NCBI RefSeq assembly: GCF_000143415.4
Contig: NW_003314277.1
Location: 2,074,764-2,138,763 of the forward strand
Length of the DNA: 64,000 bases
Reading direction: 5' to 3'
DNA from: Selaginella moellendorffii
Taxonomy: Eukaryota > Plantae > Lycopodiophyta
The translations under genes were made by a program, and so were the position numbers. This document shows, piece by piece, positions 21,073 through 34,600 of this stretch (its first letter is position 1; each line of letters starts with the position of its first letter). Below the pieces are notes generated by a model. That model was given only the letters and a program-made list of their open reading frames with translations. It searched no databases and was not told the origin of the DNA.

Positions 21073-21355
21073 GGATCATCAAATGCGACAATGACATACA
21101 GGCCCGCAAAACCATTTCCCAGCTCCGACGGTGGAGGACAAGCATATCCGTGCGGGATGGCTGTGCCAGCCTCAAAAGAAAGAAGAAGAACTTGAAGAAG
21201 ATGGCGATGGTGGCTTCTCGTTCCCGAGTATGGAGTTAGCTCCCAAAGGTGACGAGAAGACAGTGTTTTACGAGATGTATGTCACTAGGGAGACTGTCCT
21301 TTAGTTTCCATCATTCTCCAGGGCCAGGTACTTAATAGATCGAGATCCTCTCCTT
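21073..21355 (+). pseudogene. Deleted fragment of the Y14-Mago fusion gene
   Basis: Matches about 11553-11936 (ggatcatcaa.tgcgac; aagaagaacttgaagaagatggcgatggtggcttctcgttc; caaaggtgacgagaagacagtgttttacgag; ctccagggccaggtactt), including the intron 2 donor. Several internal deletions. Confidence 0.88.
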
Positions 21356-21631
21356 TTGCTACCCAGATTATAAAGAGTAACTTAGGGTTGGCTCATAACC
21401 CTAAAATTAGGTCAACCAGGCACATGGACCAGCTTCTAGAAGGGGGCCGTGGAGCACGTGGGCTCCGACAATCTATTACCATAAGAGTAACCATAAGCTA
21501 GTTTTGGCGTACTCGTACGACACTGCCAGTGGCCCATCGCGATAGGGCCCAATGGTACTATAAATTTCCCACGAACAGAGTGTGATCTTGTTCTTGCAAG
21601 ACTCTTTGGATTACTACTTCTTAGATCTCTC

Positions 21632-22423
21632 ATGGCTGATTTCCAATCTCTCCCCGACGATCTCATCGTCGACAGCATTCTGTCCAAGATCAGGGACGCC
21701 AAGGCGCTGCTGCGCTGCTCGGCCGTGTCGCGGGACTGGCGGCGCTGGACGGCGCGCGTCCCGGCGCTGCATTTCGATTTCCCCAAGTCGTGGAAGCAGG
21801 ATTGCGTGGTGAGGTCGCTCGACGCCGAGAAGATCGTCTGGGCGGCCATCTCCAGGGTCCAGGGCGGCGGCATCGGCGAGCTATCGCTGCGATTCTCGCC
21901 CACGGAGCCATCGCTCGTGTGTCTGTGCGAGAATGCCGTCCAGCTATGGATCCAGCACGTTAGCGCCAGCGTCCGCGAGCTCAAGCTCAGCAACAAGGGC
22001 TGCGCCTTCTCGGAGCTCCTCCCCTCTCTCTCCGGATGCCCCAGGCTCTCCTCCCTCTCGCTCGAGTTTGGATACTTCGATGGAATCCCCCAGGGCTGCC
22101 GCTTCCCGGAGCTCAAGAAATGCCGCTTCGCCAATGTGATCTTCCACGGCGACGACCTGGAGAGATTCGTGGCGTGCTGCCCGGCGCTGGAGGAGCTGAC
22201 GATCGACGAGTGCTTCTCCACGCAGATCCCAGTCGTGACGCTGCGCAGCGGATCCATCCGCGCGCTCGTCATCGCCGAGACGCGATTCAATCGCCTGGCG
22301 GTGGAGGCCGAGAAGCTGGGAGAGCTGACCATCGCTCCAAAAAGCTTTCCTGTGGATTTGCTGCTAGCAATTAAACAGGGAAAAGCGAATATCCATCCAA
22401 TTGACCTCCCTTTAGGATTTTAG
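21632..22423 (+). CDS. F-box/LRR (FBD-type) protein
   Basis: N-terminal F-box FQSLPDDLIVDSILSKI...LLRCSAVSRDWRR, then LRR-like CPRLSSLSL, FPELKKCRF and CCPALEELTIDEC. Downstream exons, with an FBD-like segment near 23063-23251, are possible but unresolved. Confidence 0.82.
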   Translation: MADFQSLPDDLIVDSILSKIRDAKALLRCSAVSRDWRRWTARVPALHFDFPKSWKQDCVVRSLDAEKIVWAAISRVQGGGIGELSLRFSPTEPSLVCLCENAVQLWIQHVSASVRELKLSNKGCAFSELLPSLSGCPRLSSLSLEFGYFDGIPQGCRFPELKKCRFANVIFHGDDLERFVACCPALEELTIDECFSTQIPVVTLRSGSIRALVIAETRFNRLAVEAEKLGELTIAPKSFPVDLLLAIKQGKANIHPIDLPLGF

Positions 22424-23502
22424 AACTAGTTTAGGGTTTTTATATCCACCGGTATGCCGCATTTAAGTTTCAAATATTGTGCGGGTGACTGTTTTCGAGC
22501 GATTGTGGTGGAGAGAGCCACATTTTGAGCAAAAGCTTGAGGGATTTGTGTGTTTATTTCTCTTCTTGACTGTTTGATCACTAAGAAAGAATTCTTAGAA
22601 CCTTCGATCGGCCTCGGCCTGGACGAAAAATAACAAAGGACATGTGAAAGCAACTCAATGTAAGCTTTAACCCTGATGTTCTCTCACGATTTTCTTATGC
22701 TTGCACGGTGTGGTCTCGATGCGCGAGTAGTTATTGACGCATGCAATTTATTTTCTTTTGTTTTTTCGGGGAGGCTCAAACAAGTGGTTTCTTTATGTTT
22801 TAAAAGTTTTCTCGATCTTAGTGTTGCTTGTCTCACGGTTTGGCTTAGTCTAAGGATCGTGCATCCGATGAAAGCGCAAAAGGTCATCGAGAGAAGCTGC
22901 CAAGGAAGGAACTCTTCGAGAAAACCGGCATTACGTAAAAACCAAGTTTACTGCCGGGAAACTACACAACACGGGGTAACTTTCGTGTGAATTCTAGTCT
23001 CTACAGTGTCGCTCTCAGCAGTGCCGTTGCGATGAAGCACCTTCCCGGTGTCCTGATGAGCGTTGCAAAACGGATTGATGGAAGTGGCGTTTTCATGGTA
23101 CCGCGCCATCAAAGTTTTCCTCCACGGAAGCTTGCGATACTTTGCTCGCCATGCGCCTGGCATGAGAGCTGTATATGTACCAGAAGATTTGTGGAGCGAT
23201 GGCCAAGCGTCATGGAGCATTTCGGGTAGATTCGTCACACCGCCAGCGTGATGGCCTTCAAGTTCCATGTCAACTTCGGATGGATCATCTGTGTAAGTGG
23301 TGCTTTTCTTCCTCTTGTTTGTTTTGGTTTTCTTTCTCCGGTTTCCTGTTTCTGGTTTCGTAAAGCAGTGCCTTACATGTCTTTCTAGAGCTTGGCTCTC
23401 TCAGGAGCAGAGTACGCACTGAGCACGCCAGTTTCTCCGTGGTACTTTAAAAGCAGAGCATAGGGCATTGCGATCGAGCTCTCTGCGCGGCAGCAGAAGA
23501 GA

Positions 23503-24000
23503 ATGATGCTCTCGTCGTCCAGTTTCGCCAGGACGCGCTCGCTTCTCCCGAGAGCAAACGCAAGAGCTTCTCGCCACCGCCATCCTTCGGTGCTTTGCTT
23601 CAGAGAAGACGACACTTCGCCAGAGTTTTTCCCGGCTGTGATCCGAGAGCTGCCGAGCGGAGTTCTAGAGTTCACTCCAGGTGGGCGATTCCGGCTCTTC
23701 CAGCAGCCGGGGGAGATTTGCAGCACCAGTAGCAACGATTGGGGATCCGGCAACAACAACAATGACGATGGAAACAACCGAAGGGGCTGGCGTGGTCACG
23801 GAGACAACAACAACAGTGGAGAGAAGCACTCGTCCCTCGTCGCTGCGAGAGTGCTGCTTGCATTCTCGGCTTTCCATCTGGGATACTGTATCGCGGCGTG
23901 GATGAGGAAAGATGGTGACAAGCTGGGGATCGAATTCTATGGAGTTGGACTCGGCCTCGTTTGCTTCCTCGCCACCGCCGCCGTGTTCGTGAGCTTGTAA
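23503..24000 (+). CDS. Hypothetical small membrane protein, possibly plastid-targeted
   Basis: 165-aa ORF with an S/R/A-rich N-terminus, a G/N-rich linker and two C-terminal hydrophobic segments. Confidence 0.55.
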   Translation: MMLSSSSFARTRSLLPRANARASRHRHPSVLCFREDDTSPEFFPAVIRELPSGVLEFTPGGRFRLFQQPGEICSTSSNDWGSGNNNNDDGNNRRGWRGHGDNNNSGEKHSSLVAARVLLAFSAFHLGYCIAAWMRKDGDKLGIEFYGVGLGLVCFLATAAVFVSL

Positions 24001-24859
24001 GTTTCTTTGCTGTTTGTTTTTGGTCTCTTCTTATATAGTTTCGTGAGCTTTGGCTTTCAGAGGAGCAGTGAGCAGTGAGAAACTTGTGGCGATTTGGACT
24101 TGCTTGGCGGCGATGATAGCAACAGGCAAGTGTTTTTTCTTCTTTTTGAACATTGCGAAAGCTTTGCGGTAGAATAAACATTTTTTTTTTCTTTCGGGTG
24201 ACAGCCGAGAAATGCTTCTTCCGGAAGCACAGGAGATTGTCTGGCTTCGTGCTCTTGTTTGGAATCTCGACAGTGGCAACTCTCTGCGTGTAATTTTACG
24301 GTTGACTAGTTTGACTTGTAATCTTTCGCCACGCAAGCTTTAAGTCAACTATCGGCGGCCAGCGCGCCACGTCACGGCCTTCTTTGTACGGAAGTTTTTC
24401 TCTTCATGCTATGATCTGTTCTTATGAATGATTATATGCCCGAGCGGACCTCACTCGCATTTGCCCGTACTGAAGCATTTGCTCCAGGAAATTTCTGTTT
24501 CATACACGAATTTTCTCCAGGGAAATGCGTGCTCGCAATGCTGGATTCACAGGACTCCAAAAGGACGCCCGATACTCCAAAAGGACGCCCGGTCCATTCG
24601 AGAACAGTATGTTTGATGTTGTCTGTTAATTTGTCGGTAACTCTTTCCAGAGGTTTCGTTTCTAGATGTCGTTTTTGAGGCCAAGCAAGTGAGCAAAGAA
24701 AAAGGAATAAAAATGAAAAGAGGACTTTCTATAAGTTTTGGTTTTGTTTGCAAGGAAGTGAGGCGGCAATGGCGAGCTACAAACCGAAATCGACATCTCT
24801 GCTTGTTTTCTATGGTAAAGATTTTCAGCTGAAGTACTTTATCAACTAACTTGTAAGAT

Positions 24860-27151
24860 TTATCCAACGTATAGATCTAATGGCGGCGCTACGTACTCTT
24901 CTTCCCTTTTTCCACTTTCTTGGCGACCAACATGCCTTGATCGCTGCTGCTGGCCTTCTGGCGTCGCTGCCATTCCAGATCCCTCGTTGTCCCAGATCGA
25001 GCTCGAGTTCCAGCGTGAGATTTTCACCCGGCTGAGCGCCCTGGCTGTGCTTCGAGAAGCCCGAGAACAGCGTGCCTTTACTGACTTTGTCATGGAGACC
25101 CTGAACCAGTTGATAGAGAAATAGCTACCGCGTGGCCGGAGACGAAGAACTTCCAGCTCCTTCAAGGCAGTGTCTACGAGGCTTTTTGGCTCACCTCTAA
25201 CGGTTGATCCCTCCGGAGCATGGATTGCTTCTGCTTGAAATCATAGTCGTTGTGGACGTACTGGTGTGCGGCTGCTTCTGGACTAAACTCGGGGGTCTCG
25301 ATAAACTGTAGCAAAGCGTTTGTGAGAACGGCAAGTAGTGTAGCGTGAGTGACTTACGTGAAGAAAGAGTGCGAGAATGCGATGCCGGAGACCAGCAAGC
25401 GACTTCGCTGGCCGGTTCCTATACATAAGGTCCGCCTCTCTCTCTATCAGTAGCAAAATCTCCTTCGTGAGAGGATTCGTAAACTCTTGGACAGTCCACT
25501 TGACGTATCCAAGGACAGCCATTCTCTCGTCGATGTTAGTGACCTCCTTTCCTAGAGCTGTGTAAAGCTGTGCACAAGAAAGTCATTCCAATGAGAAAGA
25601 AAAAGAAAGAAATCAGTAAAGCTTGATACTTTACATGCATCAAGTCCGACGCACGAGCTGTAGCAGGAGTCCGAACTTGCACAGTCTTGCCATTAGTGAG
25701 TTCCCAGACTTTGGGAGCACACATCTTTAGCATGGTTCTTTTGATCCGATCCTTTCGATTTGCCTTGGCGGCAGTAGCTCTCAGCTTATCAATTGCAGTC
25801 AAGAGCTTCAATTCCTGCAAGAATCACACGATAGGCATCAAATCTATATTTTTTCTCTCTTCTGTGACTAACCTTAGTTAAGAGCTCCCGGAGTGCGTTC
25901 ACCCGTTCATTGTAGCCATAATTGCATGCATTAAGCTTCTCCATTTCCTGCAAGACACGAGAAAACGTGTGAGCAAATTAAAAAGAAAAAAAATCACTAC
26001 AAAGCCTTACCTGGACTCTCCAAGCCTCGAGCTCCTCATAGAGGATGGCAAAGTCTGCACTAGTCCGTGGACACATTCTTCTCTCAATTTCACGCTGCAA
26101 AGCGTCTTCTTCTTGGACCTTCTGAGTCTTCTCTTGGTCTTCGAAAAACTGGAGAGAGCAACGTCAGCTCTTGTCAAGTTCCGAATGAAGCCTTGGCCCT
26201 GAAAGCAAACCTCAAGCCTGGACTTGACAAACCCTCGTATCCTGTCAGCGTTTCGTTGGGCGATCCACCTCCGAGTGTACTTTTGAATAACGATGGAAGC
26301 CCGACGACGAATCTGTTCCCATTCAACAGAATCAACGTATCTCCCCGGAACACGAGCATAGTCTCTGCTCCAGTCCAGAATAAGGTCCCTGCGATCCATC
26401 TGAGTGAAGGTCTCCCGGATAGTGTTCCAGTTTTGGTTCCTCATCAAGCACTTCTGAGTGGTTCGGCTAAACATTTGGATGTTCTTCTTGGGCTTTGGCT
26501 TTCTGTCCGTCTGCATTCCAGCATGGAGGTACTTGGTGCCTGAAAATGTTTTTCATGTTAGCCCATGACACTATAATCACAACGCAAAATTATATGGATA
26601 GCGTGCACGATCACTAGACGCACGAAGAACACAAACGTTAAGATCACAACACAAAACTATATGGATAGCGAAAGGCATTACACTAGACTCTCTACCAAAA
26701 CGCACTAAGAACACAAACTTTTACCAGAGTTTCTGAAGCTCAGGATGAAGTATGATGCATGGAAGAGGATCACAAATGAGCTATAGAAAACACGCACAAG
26801 ATAGCAATAAAGAGAAACTAAGAACGTACCATTTCTCTTGTCCAAAAATCCTCCTCGATACGGCAAGGGCTTCATCTGCTGCAAATCCACCACGACCGGC
26901 CTCAGCGAAGAATCATCGTCTCGATTCTCCTGGCTCTTCACCTCCACAAGAATCTCCTTCTGCGACGGCGTCCCATCCTTGGATTTCCCCGACGTGGACG
27001 CCGAATTCACGGATTCCAGCGCCTCCACGGGCGCCATGACGAGCTCCACTACCGGCTTGAGCGTTGACGATGCAACCCCAAGCGCGCCGCTGGATTCAGG
27101 CCCTTCGCCTTCGTTGTCCGAGACGTCCATGTCGGTGAGATCCACCTCCAT
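24860..27151 (-). CDS. IQUB: IQ and ubiquitin-like domain protein (IQUB / FAP253, axonemal radial-spoke associated)
   Basis: Exons encode PYRGGFLDKRNG, RETFTQM, PGRYVDS, the IQ motif VIQKYTRRWIAQR, ELKLLTAIDKLR, TVQEFTNPLTKEILLLIEREADLM..LAGLRHRILALFL and FIETPEFSPEAA. The 3' end is approximate. Confidence 0.8.
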
Positions 27152-27497
27152 CGCTGCCACCACTGCCGCTGCCGCGCAAAGATTTCCCTAATGCCCTGCT
27201 GCGCCATCGCTCCATGGCTCTTGGGATGAGATGGAGGTAAATTGCGGTTCACTGGAGATCCACGGCCAAGATTTTCTAACACTTCGCTGGCTTGGCGCCA
27301 AGAGCAACGGCCACGATGAGCCCAAAACAATCAACGGTAGTGATGGATCTGACAAAATCCAATCAACGGCAACGATGGATCTAACAAAATCTATAGAGAA
27401 ACTTTTAGAAAGTAGCTTTTGATGAACTCCAGGAACCAAAAAAGAGAGAAGGATCGACCCATATGATCGAAGAGCTCTTTCGTTCGATATTTCTTCT

Positions 27498-28309
27498 CTA
27501 TCGGTAGCGCCGGAGGGAGAGCGTGTTGTTGCGCTTCCATGTACCACGGATCGATGGGCGGTTCTTGTGATTCCTGTGACCCTTCCCTCGCAATCCGCGG
27601 TGCTTGCGACCGGCGGACGTGATCCCCCGCAGCTCGCGATGCTTGTGAACCGGCTGGCAGATCCAGTTGATCCTTGGGTCCTTGCGAATCGCGGTGTGCA
27701 TTGGGTCGATGAGGATGATCTCAAAGTACTTGTAAGTCGAGTCCTGGAATCCAAAGTTCTCCACAGTTTTAGAGCTGGAAGAATCGGAAGAGTCTAGCAG
27801 TACCTGGTTGATCCAGTAGGAGTTGAGGACGCGGAGATTGCCCAGCTTGCGCCCAGCACGTTCCTCGGCCACGGATCTCAAGTTTCTCTGGAACTTGAGC
27901 TGGGTGATACCCTGGTTCTTGGGCTTTCCATAGACAATTCCCTTGGAGACTGGCCTCTTTCGGCCCCCGCGACGCACACGGACACGGTAGACAACGTATC
28001 CCTGTGAGGATTCGAGCACGAAACGATCAAAGAGCTAGCACACACGAAGAAAGGAGAAATTTTACCTGCTTGGCCTTGAATCCCAGGCGACGAGCTTTGT
28101 CAGGGCGAGTCGGGCGCTGAATACGGACGATTCCGGGGAGCTGGCGATACTCCCAGCAGCGGACGCGCATCAGGAAGCGCATCACATCGGATTGCTTCTT
28201 CCGCCATAGCTCCTCGATGTACTTGTAGGCACCTGGAGAGAGAGGAAGGAATGCGATCAGCCGCGAGAGAAATGCGAGCGCCTGAGCTGATCGAGCAGTG
28301 CTTACCCAT
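27498..28309 (-). CDS. RPL15: 60S ribosomal protein L15 (eL15)
   Basis: MG|[20 protein letters not shown]...[18 protein letters not shown]...NSYWINQ|[11 protein letters not shown]...[19 protein letters not shown]...LSLRRYR*. Confidence 0.97.
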
Positions 28310-28688
28310 CGGCGCGAAGGCGCAGCTCCTCCTCCAAACCAGCCGACGGCTAAAGCCCTAACCCTATGAAACGAATATCCTTCGCAATGCTAAGAGGTTT
28401 GGACGGCAGGGATGGGCTCTGGGCAACGGACGGTTGGAATTGCGCGAGATTAGAAATGGTTCACATTTCCAACTGTCTGGTTCTCTTGAATCAGCGGATC
28501 CAGCCGGATCCGTTGAGGACTAGGGACTAGGGCAGGAATTCTGGAAGAAATCTTTGCTCCTCCCTTGTGTGATCGCGTGATCGCGCTCATTCTCCGCATT
28601 CAGGTCTAGCTGCATCGATCGACATCTAGGGTTTAGTGGAATCGCGCGCTCTCGGGGGATCGACAGAGAGATTCTACGCGCTTCCAGG

Positions 28689-31600
28689 ATGAGCGCTGAT
28701 CCAGCATTGGCGGCCGAGGCGGCCAAGGGCCCGGAGTTGAGCCAGGATCCGCGAGCCAGCCGCGGGGGTTCGCTGTGGAAGCAGCGGGCCACAATATCGC
28801 TGAGGCGAGCCTCGCTGTGGAGGGAGGAAGCTAGCAGGGGCAAGGATGAAGAGGCGATCGTCGACAAGCCTCCTCCAGTAGCAGCGACTCCAGCTAAAAG
28901 ACCTGTAAGTGACTATAGAGTTTTAGCTGTTCTTTGTCACAATCTCTTTTTTTCTTTGCAGCTCATGGAGGCTGAGGATGAGCCCGATTACTTTCAGCAG
29001 CTGGAAGAAGCTGTGAAGAAGAGAAAATTGGTATGTTCTCCGTTCGAGTCTATGTCATTCACTTCTTATTGTCCATTCTAGATGGGGATGAGAATGTCGG
29101 ATTTGCCTCCACTTTTGAGCCCGGAATCTTTGTTCACGAAATCTATACCTGCTGGAATCAACCAAAGGGTTTACTGTCGAGCACCCTCCAATCGAATCGG
29201 AGTTTACTTCAGGCAAGACCATCTATACTTGTTCGTAGAACTGAAGCTCACATATGATCTTGCAGTCCGGAAACCATGGAGATGAGTGAAATGCGTGCTT
29301 CCGAGAAGATCATGGAGAGCAGGCAATTGACTTCAACTTCTTACGAGAAGCCAGTATTTCCTACTGTGAAGAGGCCCGCTTGGAAGAACTCGGACACGAG
29401 GCCAGCGCATTATAACAGGTGCTATGATCCAGCGCTGGACTCTCCTTACTTTGAGTACACGCTGCCTTCGTATCCACCAGTGCCAAGTCCTCCACGGAGA
29501 CGAAAGTCCAAAGGTCTAGTTGGCTCTCCGGTTTTCACTCCTTACTTAACAGAAGACGAAGAAGAAGAAGAATCCAGGATATCTTCTCTCAAGAGGAATA
29601 CTCCAGCTCTTAAGCCCATTGGCTTGATCAATCTTGGGCAGCTCAACCCGAGGGTGGTGGAGAGTCCTCGAAGTATGCATACTTTGGCCGTCAGTGCTCC
29701 TCCGATTCCGCCAAACATGATGAAAGTGGCTGAAGATATCTTGAGGTACCAGTTCTACGTTGAGAGTGGCGTGGACGAGCGTTTTATCGCTCCGATAAGA
29801 GAGAGGTGGACAAAACGGGCGGTTGATATGGTGGGGAAGTACGTCAAGAGGGGGCTCTCAGAACGGGTTATTCAAGCTACTTTGCGGCGGGTTCTTGAAG
29901 AGGTTCAGCATGAGTACCTCTTGAGCATGCGGAAAGCCATTGTGGATTACGTATTACAGGTTCGTTTTCTTTGCTTTTCGTATAGATATTCCAAACCTTA
30001 CAACTTTGTTTACAGTGGAACACTAACTCACCTGTGAAACGTTTTTGCACTCGTGATTTACGTTTCAAGTCCACGTCTTGCAGGACGAGAAGGAGAGAAT
30101 ACGACTGGGACTTACTGAGATCGAGCAGATTCTCGAAGTGGTCACGACCGGGTTTATTGGGAAGACGCGGACTATACAGATTTTGTCAGCAGAATGGAGG
30201 GAGGCTGTCTTAAGCGCACACGGCGGGGTCTCTGGAACCTTGCACAAACTCAATCCACAGGCTTTGGAGCTTGCATTTCTCTGGCAGGATTTATATGCAG
30301 CAAAGTTTCTCATCGACACAACAACACCTGAGTTCTTTGCTGGAGCACCTTATGAGCTAGATGACTTTATCGAACGGGGTAAGCAGTGTGCTGGAGCCGT
30401 GAGGGAGTCGCTAGACACCGAGTGGTTATCTACGGCTTCGTCCGTGTTGGAGCAGGCAGTTCCTATTCCTCCCAACACTGATCTCATCGGTTTTTACGAA
30501 GCCATGGCAGTTCTTATGTCGAATCAAATCAGAAGGCTGGTGGAGGATTCTGTTGTCAACTTTGTTCGTTTCATCGACGTTTATAAGGGGGAAATCTACG
30601 AGATTCCACGCGAGAGTATTATGACTGTTCATCATAAACTGACTCCGCGACTGCAGAGATTCAAGGAGCTGTTCCGGGCTCAGTATGGGAAAGACATGCC
30701 TTCCGAGGCGACACTCAAAGCTACTCCTCCGTTTTACACGACTCTAAAGTTTGAGAAAAATGTCTACAGGTATGTTACTCTCAGCATGAGCTCAAAACTT
30801 TTGGCTTTAATCTACTATATGGCAGAGTCGAGCCGTCTTACGACGCGCTAGAACTCGGCCTTGTGGAAGTACTAGAATACGCAGTGGCTCAAAGCGCTGG
30901 TGTTCATCGTGTCGATGCTGAAGATTTAGAGCCATCACGACGCTTATTGTCGAGCATGGCTGTGGATGACGAGCTTGTTGGAGTTGCCAAAGGCCACATA
31001 AGGCAGGTGCTTTCTCATTTCCTTGCTCTAATATATGAATTGTTTATAAAGCCCAATTTTTTCTCAAGTTCTGATATGCTTGCAGGTAGTGCAATCAAAT
31101 GTTAACTATCCTAAAGAGCTTATGGACAAGTATGTGCCTTTTGAAGCTCTTGCAAACATGTCAGCACAAGCATTTGCCCAAGAATTTAAGGCCCAAGAAA
31201 AACCGATTCAAGAGTATGAAGAGGTTCTTAAACAGTTCAGCGAGAAGGAAATTCAGATTGAGGCTACAAGCGCAAACGTAGTGGACTGTGGCATTGTGCG
31301 GGTGAAGTGCAAGGAGTACAAAGATATCTTGATAAAGAAGGCGAGATATATTGCACTACTGTTAAAAGAGCAGGTATGGCTTTTGTGATTTTATACAATC
31401 ACTCAAGATGCAATGTAGGTACTCGCATTTATGCATGCTGCTAATACAAATGTGCTCGAACGCATGGAGCACATTGCCAGAGAGATCATAAAAATTCCCA
31501 CAAATTCCGAAGAAGCTGTCTACTTGCGAAAGTAAGATAATTTTAGTTTTGACGATGTTTCTAGCTCATTTTTGCAACCAGGTTTCTTGCTGCGTCTCCC

Positions 31601-34600
31601 ACCGAGCTTTCAGTTTTAGAGAGAATCCTAGGAGAGAACAGGCAACGAGAAGACTTTCTAGACCGCTACCAGCTAAATATTCCTGAAACCGAATTCCGGA
31701 CGATGTTGATCGCATATGAATGGCCGAAAAGAGTTCGGGCTGTGATCGACGTGCATACTAAAAGAATTACTGAAGAGTACGAGCACTACGAAACACAACT
31801 CAAGCAGCGCCGTATCGACTTTTTTGCATTGTTGGAAAGGTTCGTATCAACGCTTGTTTTTCTTTTGACTATGTAAACTTTAACACTCGTGCTGCAGTCT
31901 TGATGTGCGAGTAAAAAGCTATATCACAATTGCCGACCTCGATAAGATTGAAGCTATCTCCGATGATGTTACCGTATGCTAGTTGTCTGCTTTGTATCTG
32001 GCATTCTTAGTATGACTATTTTCCCTGTAGGACCTGAACAATGGATTACAAGCAGCTCTGGAGACCTCCGAGGCTTTAAATGCCGAGGAAACCCTTTTTG
32101 GCGTACCACCAACGAAGTTCACGCAGATACAACAGATGATTACTGCCCTTGATCCGTTCTTCAAGTTGTGGACTGTCGGAGCCAATTTTAAAAGACTTGA
32201 AGAGGAATGGATGAGCGCACCATTCTTCTCGCTGGATACTGAGAAAATTGAGGGAGAGGTGGCGTATCATTTAAACAAAAAATGCACCTTTCTGACCTTT
32301 GGTTCCTTTCCAGGTTTCGACAATGTTTCGAGTGATTTTCAAGCTTGTAAAGCAATTTGGTGAAGACTATCCGGAACCGGGAAGGGTTGCCAGTGCTGTC
32401 AAAGCACAGATGGAGAAGTTCAAGGAAACGTTTCCTCTTCTTCGCTGTCTTTGTAATCCAGGTATTTGACGGATGACTCTCGTGTTTTTCACCTACTAAT
32501 AAATGTGCAGGTCTTCGAGCTAGGCACTTTGAAAAGATTTCTCAGATTGTTGGTTTCGAACTTAAAGCCGAAGACACAATATCTTTCAGACAGTTGCTCA
32601 GATTAAATGTTGGTATCTGTGAGACTTAAACTGTAGTACGCTTATGACAATTTTCTTTTCAGATTGACGAGCATCTAACAAAGCTGGAGGAAATAAGTGA
32701 GCATGCAAGCAAAGAGTATTCGCTAGAAAGGGCATTGAACCAAATGGAGGCGGACTGGGCTCCTATAGCTTTCGAGGTACTTAAGCAGCACCATGTGTTA
32801 TTGTAGCTCATCTTTTCCTTTTTCTTTTGTTTCCAATTTCGAGCAGTATGCTTTGTACAAGAACACAGGAACTCACATTTTGAAAGGTGGCCCCATAGAA
32901 GAAGCACAAATCCTTTTGGAGGAACATATAATCAAAACACAGAACATGTTCTCCTCTGCTTTCGCTCAATTTTTCTCAGAGCGGATAGGAATTTGGCTCA
33001 AAAAGGTTGTAGTTTCCGTTTGGGTAGACCTATACTGACGTGGTTGTTTTCATAGATCACATTGATGCAAGACGTTCTGCGGGAGTGGCTCAAAATGCAA
33101 GCGGCATGGATGTATCTGGAGCCAATTTTTGGATCACCTGATATTATCGAGCAAATGCCGAAAGAAGGAACTGCATTTCATGCAACGGATAAAGTGTGGA
33201 GAAGGATTGTAGCAGAAGTTATCAAAACAAAATGCATGCTAGAGGTATGAGAACCGTTGGGCCAATGAACGTTGACATTAACTATTCTGCTCAGGCTGCC
33301 GATATCCCAAATCTTTTGGCTGATCTCAAAGAAGGAAACGCGCAACTTGAGATTGTCAACAAAGGTCTCAACCATTATCTAGAGACAAAACGTCTTGCAT
33401 TTCCTCGGTTCTTTTTCCTTTCAAATGACGAACTTTTGGAAATATTGTCGGAGACAAAAGATCCGCTCAGAGTGCAGCCGTTTTTAAAGAAGTGTTTCGA
33501 GGGAATCAACCAGCTCGAGTTCCAGCCAAACTTGGACATAACTGCCATGCTGAGCGTGGAGTCGGAGAAAGTACCATTCACTCGTACTCACAACCCAAAG
33601 TCCGCAGGAGGCAACGTGGAGAAGTGGCTCATAGAAGTCGAAGCAATGATGAAAGAATGCTTAAGGGTACAGTTCTCCTTTCGCCATGTCTTACGTCGTT
33701 TTAACACTCGCCCTTACAGGCCATTGTTGTGCAAGCCGCTGCCGATTATGCAGTTGAGCCTCGCGAGAGTTGGATTCTAAAGTGGCCCGGTATGATCGTT
33801 TTGTGTGGGTCGCAAATATACTGGACAGAGGAAGTAGCAAGTGCAATAATTGAAGGAGGAACTGCTGGGCTGCAAAAGTACGAGGATAAATGTACTGACC
33901 AGCTACAATCACTCGTAAAACTGGTAAGCTCTTTTTAGCTTTGGTCTTCACTGATTTGCCGCAGGTTCGAGGCGACATAAGCAATATGGAGAGGTTGACG
34001 ATTGGGGCATTGGTTGTCATTGATGTTCATGCAAGGGACGTTGTCACTCTTCTGAAGGAAAAGCAAGTCTCCAGTGAAACAGATTTTGAATGGCTCAGCC
34101 AATTGAGGTACTACCTTGAAGAAAACGAGGTACGGAGAAGTTCTGGTTGTGGTTTGCTAAGTTACGAATGACAATATCGCAGGTAATTGTAAAAATGGTT
34201 AATGCTGCACGGAATTACGGGTACGAGTATCTGGGAAACAGCAGTCGCCTGGTTATTACACCCCTTACTGATCGTTGTTATCGGACACTGATGGGAGCTT
34301 TGCATCTTAATCTTGGAGGAGCTCCCGAAGGTCCTGCTGGTACCGGGAAAACAGAAACAACGAAAGATCTTGCAAAGGTACACTTTTTATAACGTTTTTG
34401 CAACAATCATGCCTTTTTTGTGCAGGCCCTTGCGATGCAATGCGTTGTTTTCAACTGTTCAGATGGTCTAGACTACCTTGCAATGGGGAAGTTTTTCAAA
34501 GGTCTCGCTGCCTCTGGTGCCTGGGCATGCTTTGATGAGTTTAATCGTATTGATCTGGAAGTGCTTTCCGTCATTGCTCAGCAAATTCTTACCATTCAAC

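Noticed and set aside
21436-22332. 298-aa antisense ORF
   Set aside because: Shadow of the GC-rich F-box exon.
24555-24590. Direct repeat ctccaaaaggacgccc x2 (CRISPR-like or regulatory?)
   Set aside because: Only two adjacent copies with a 4-nt gap, so a simple local duplication. No CRISPR array is present in this eukaryotic window.
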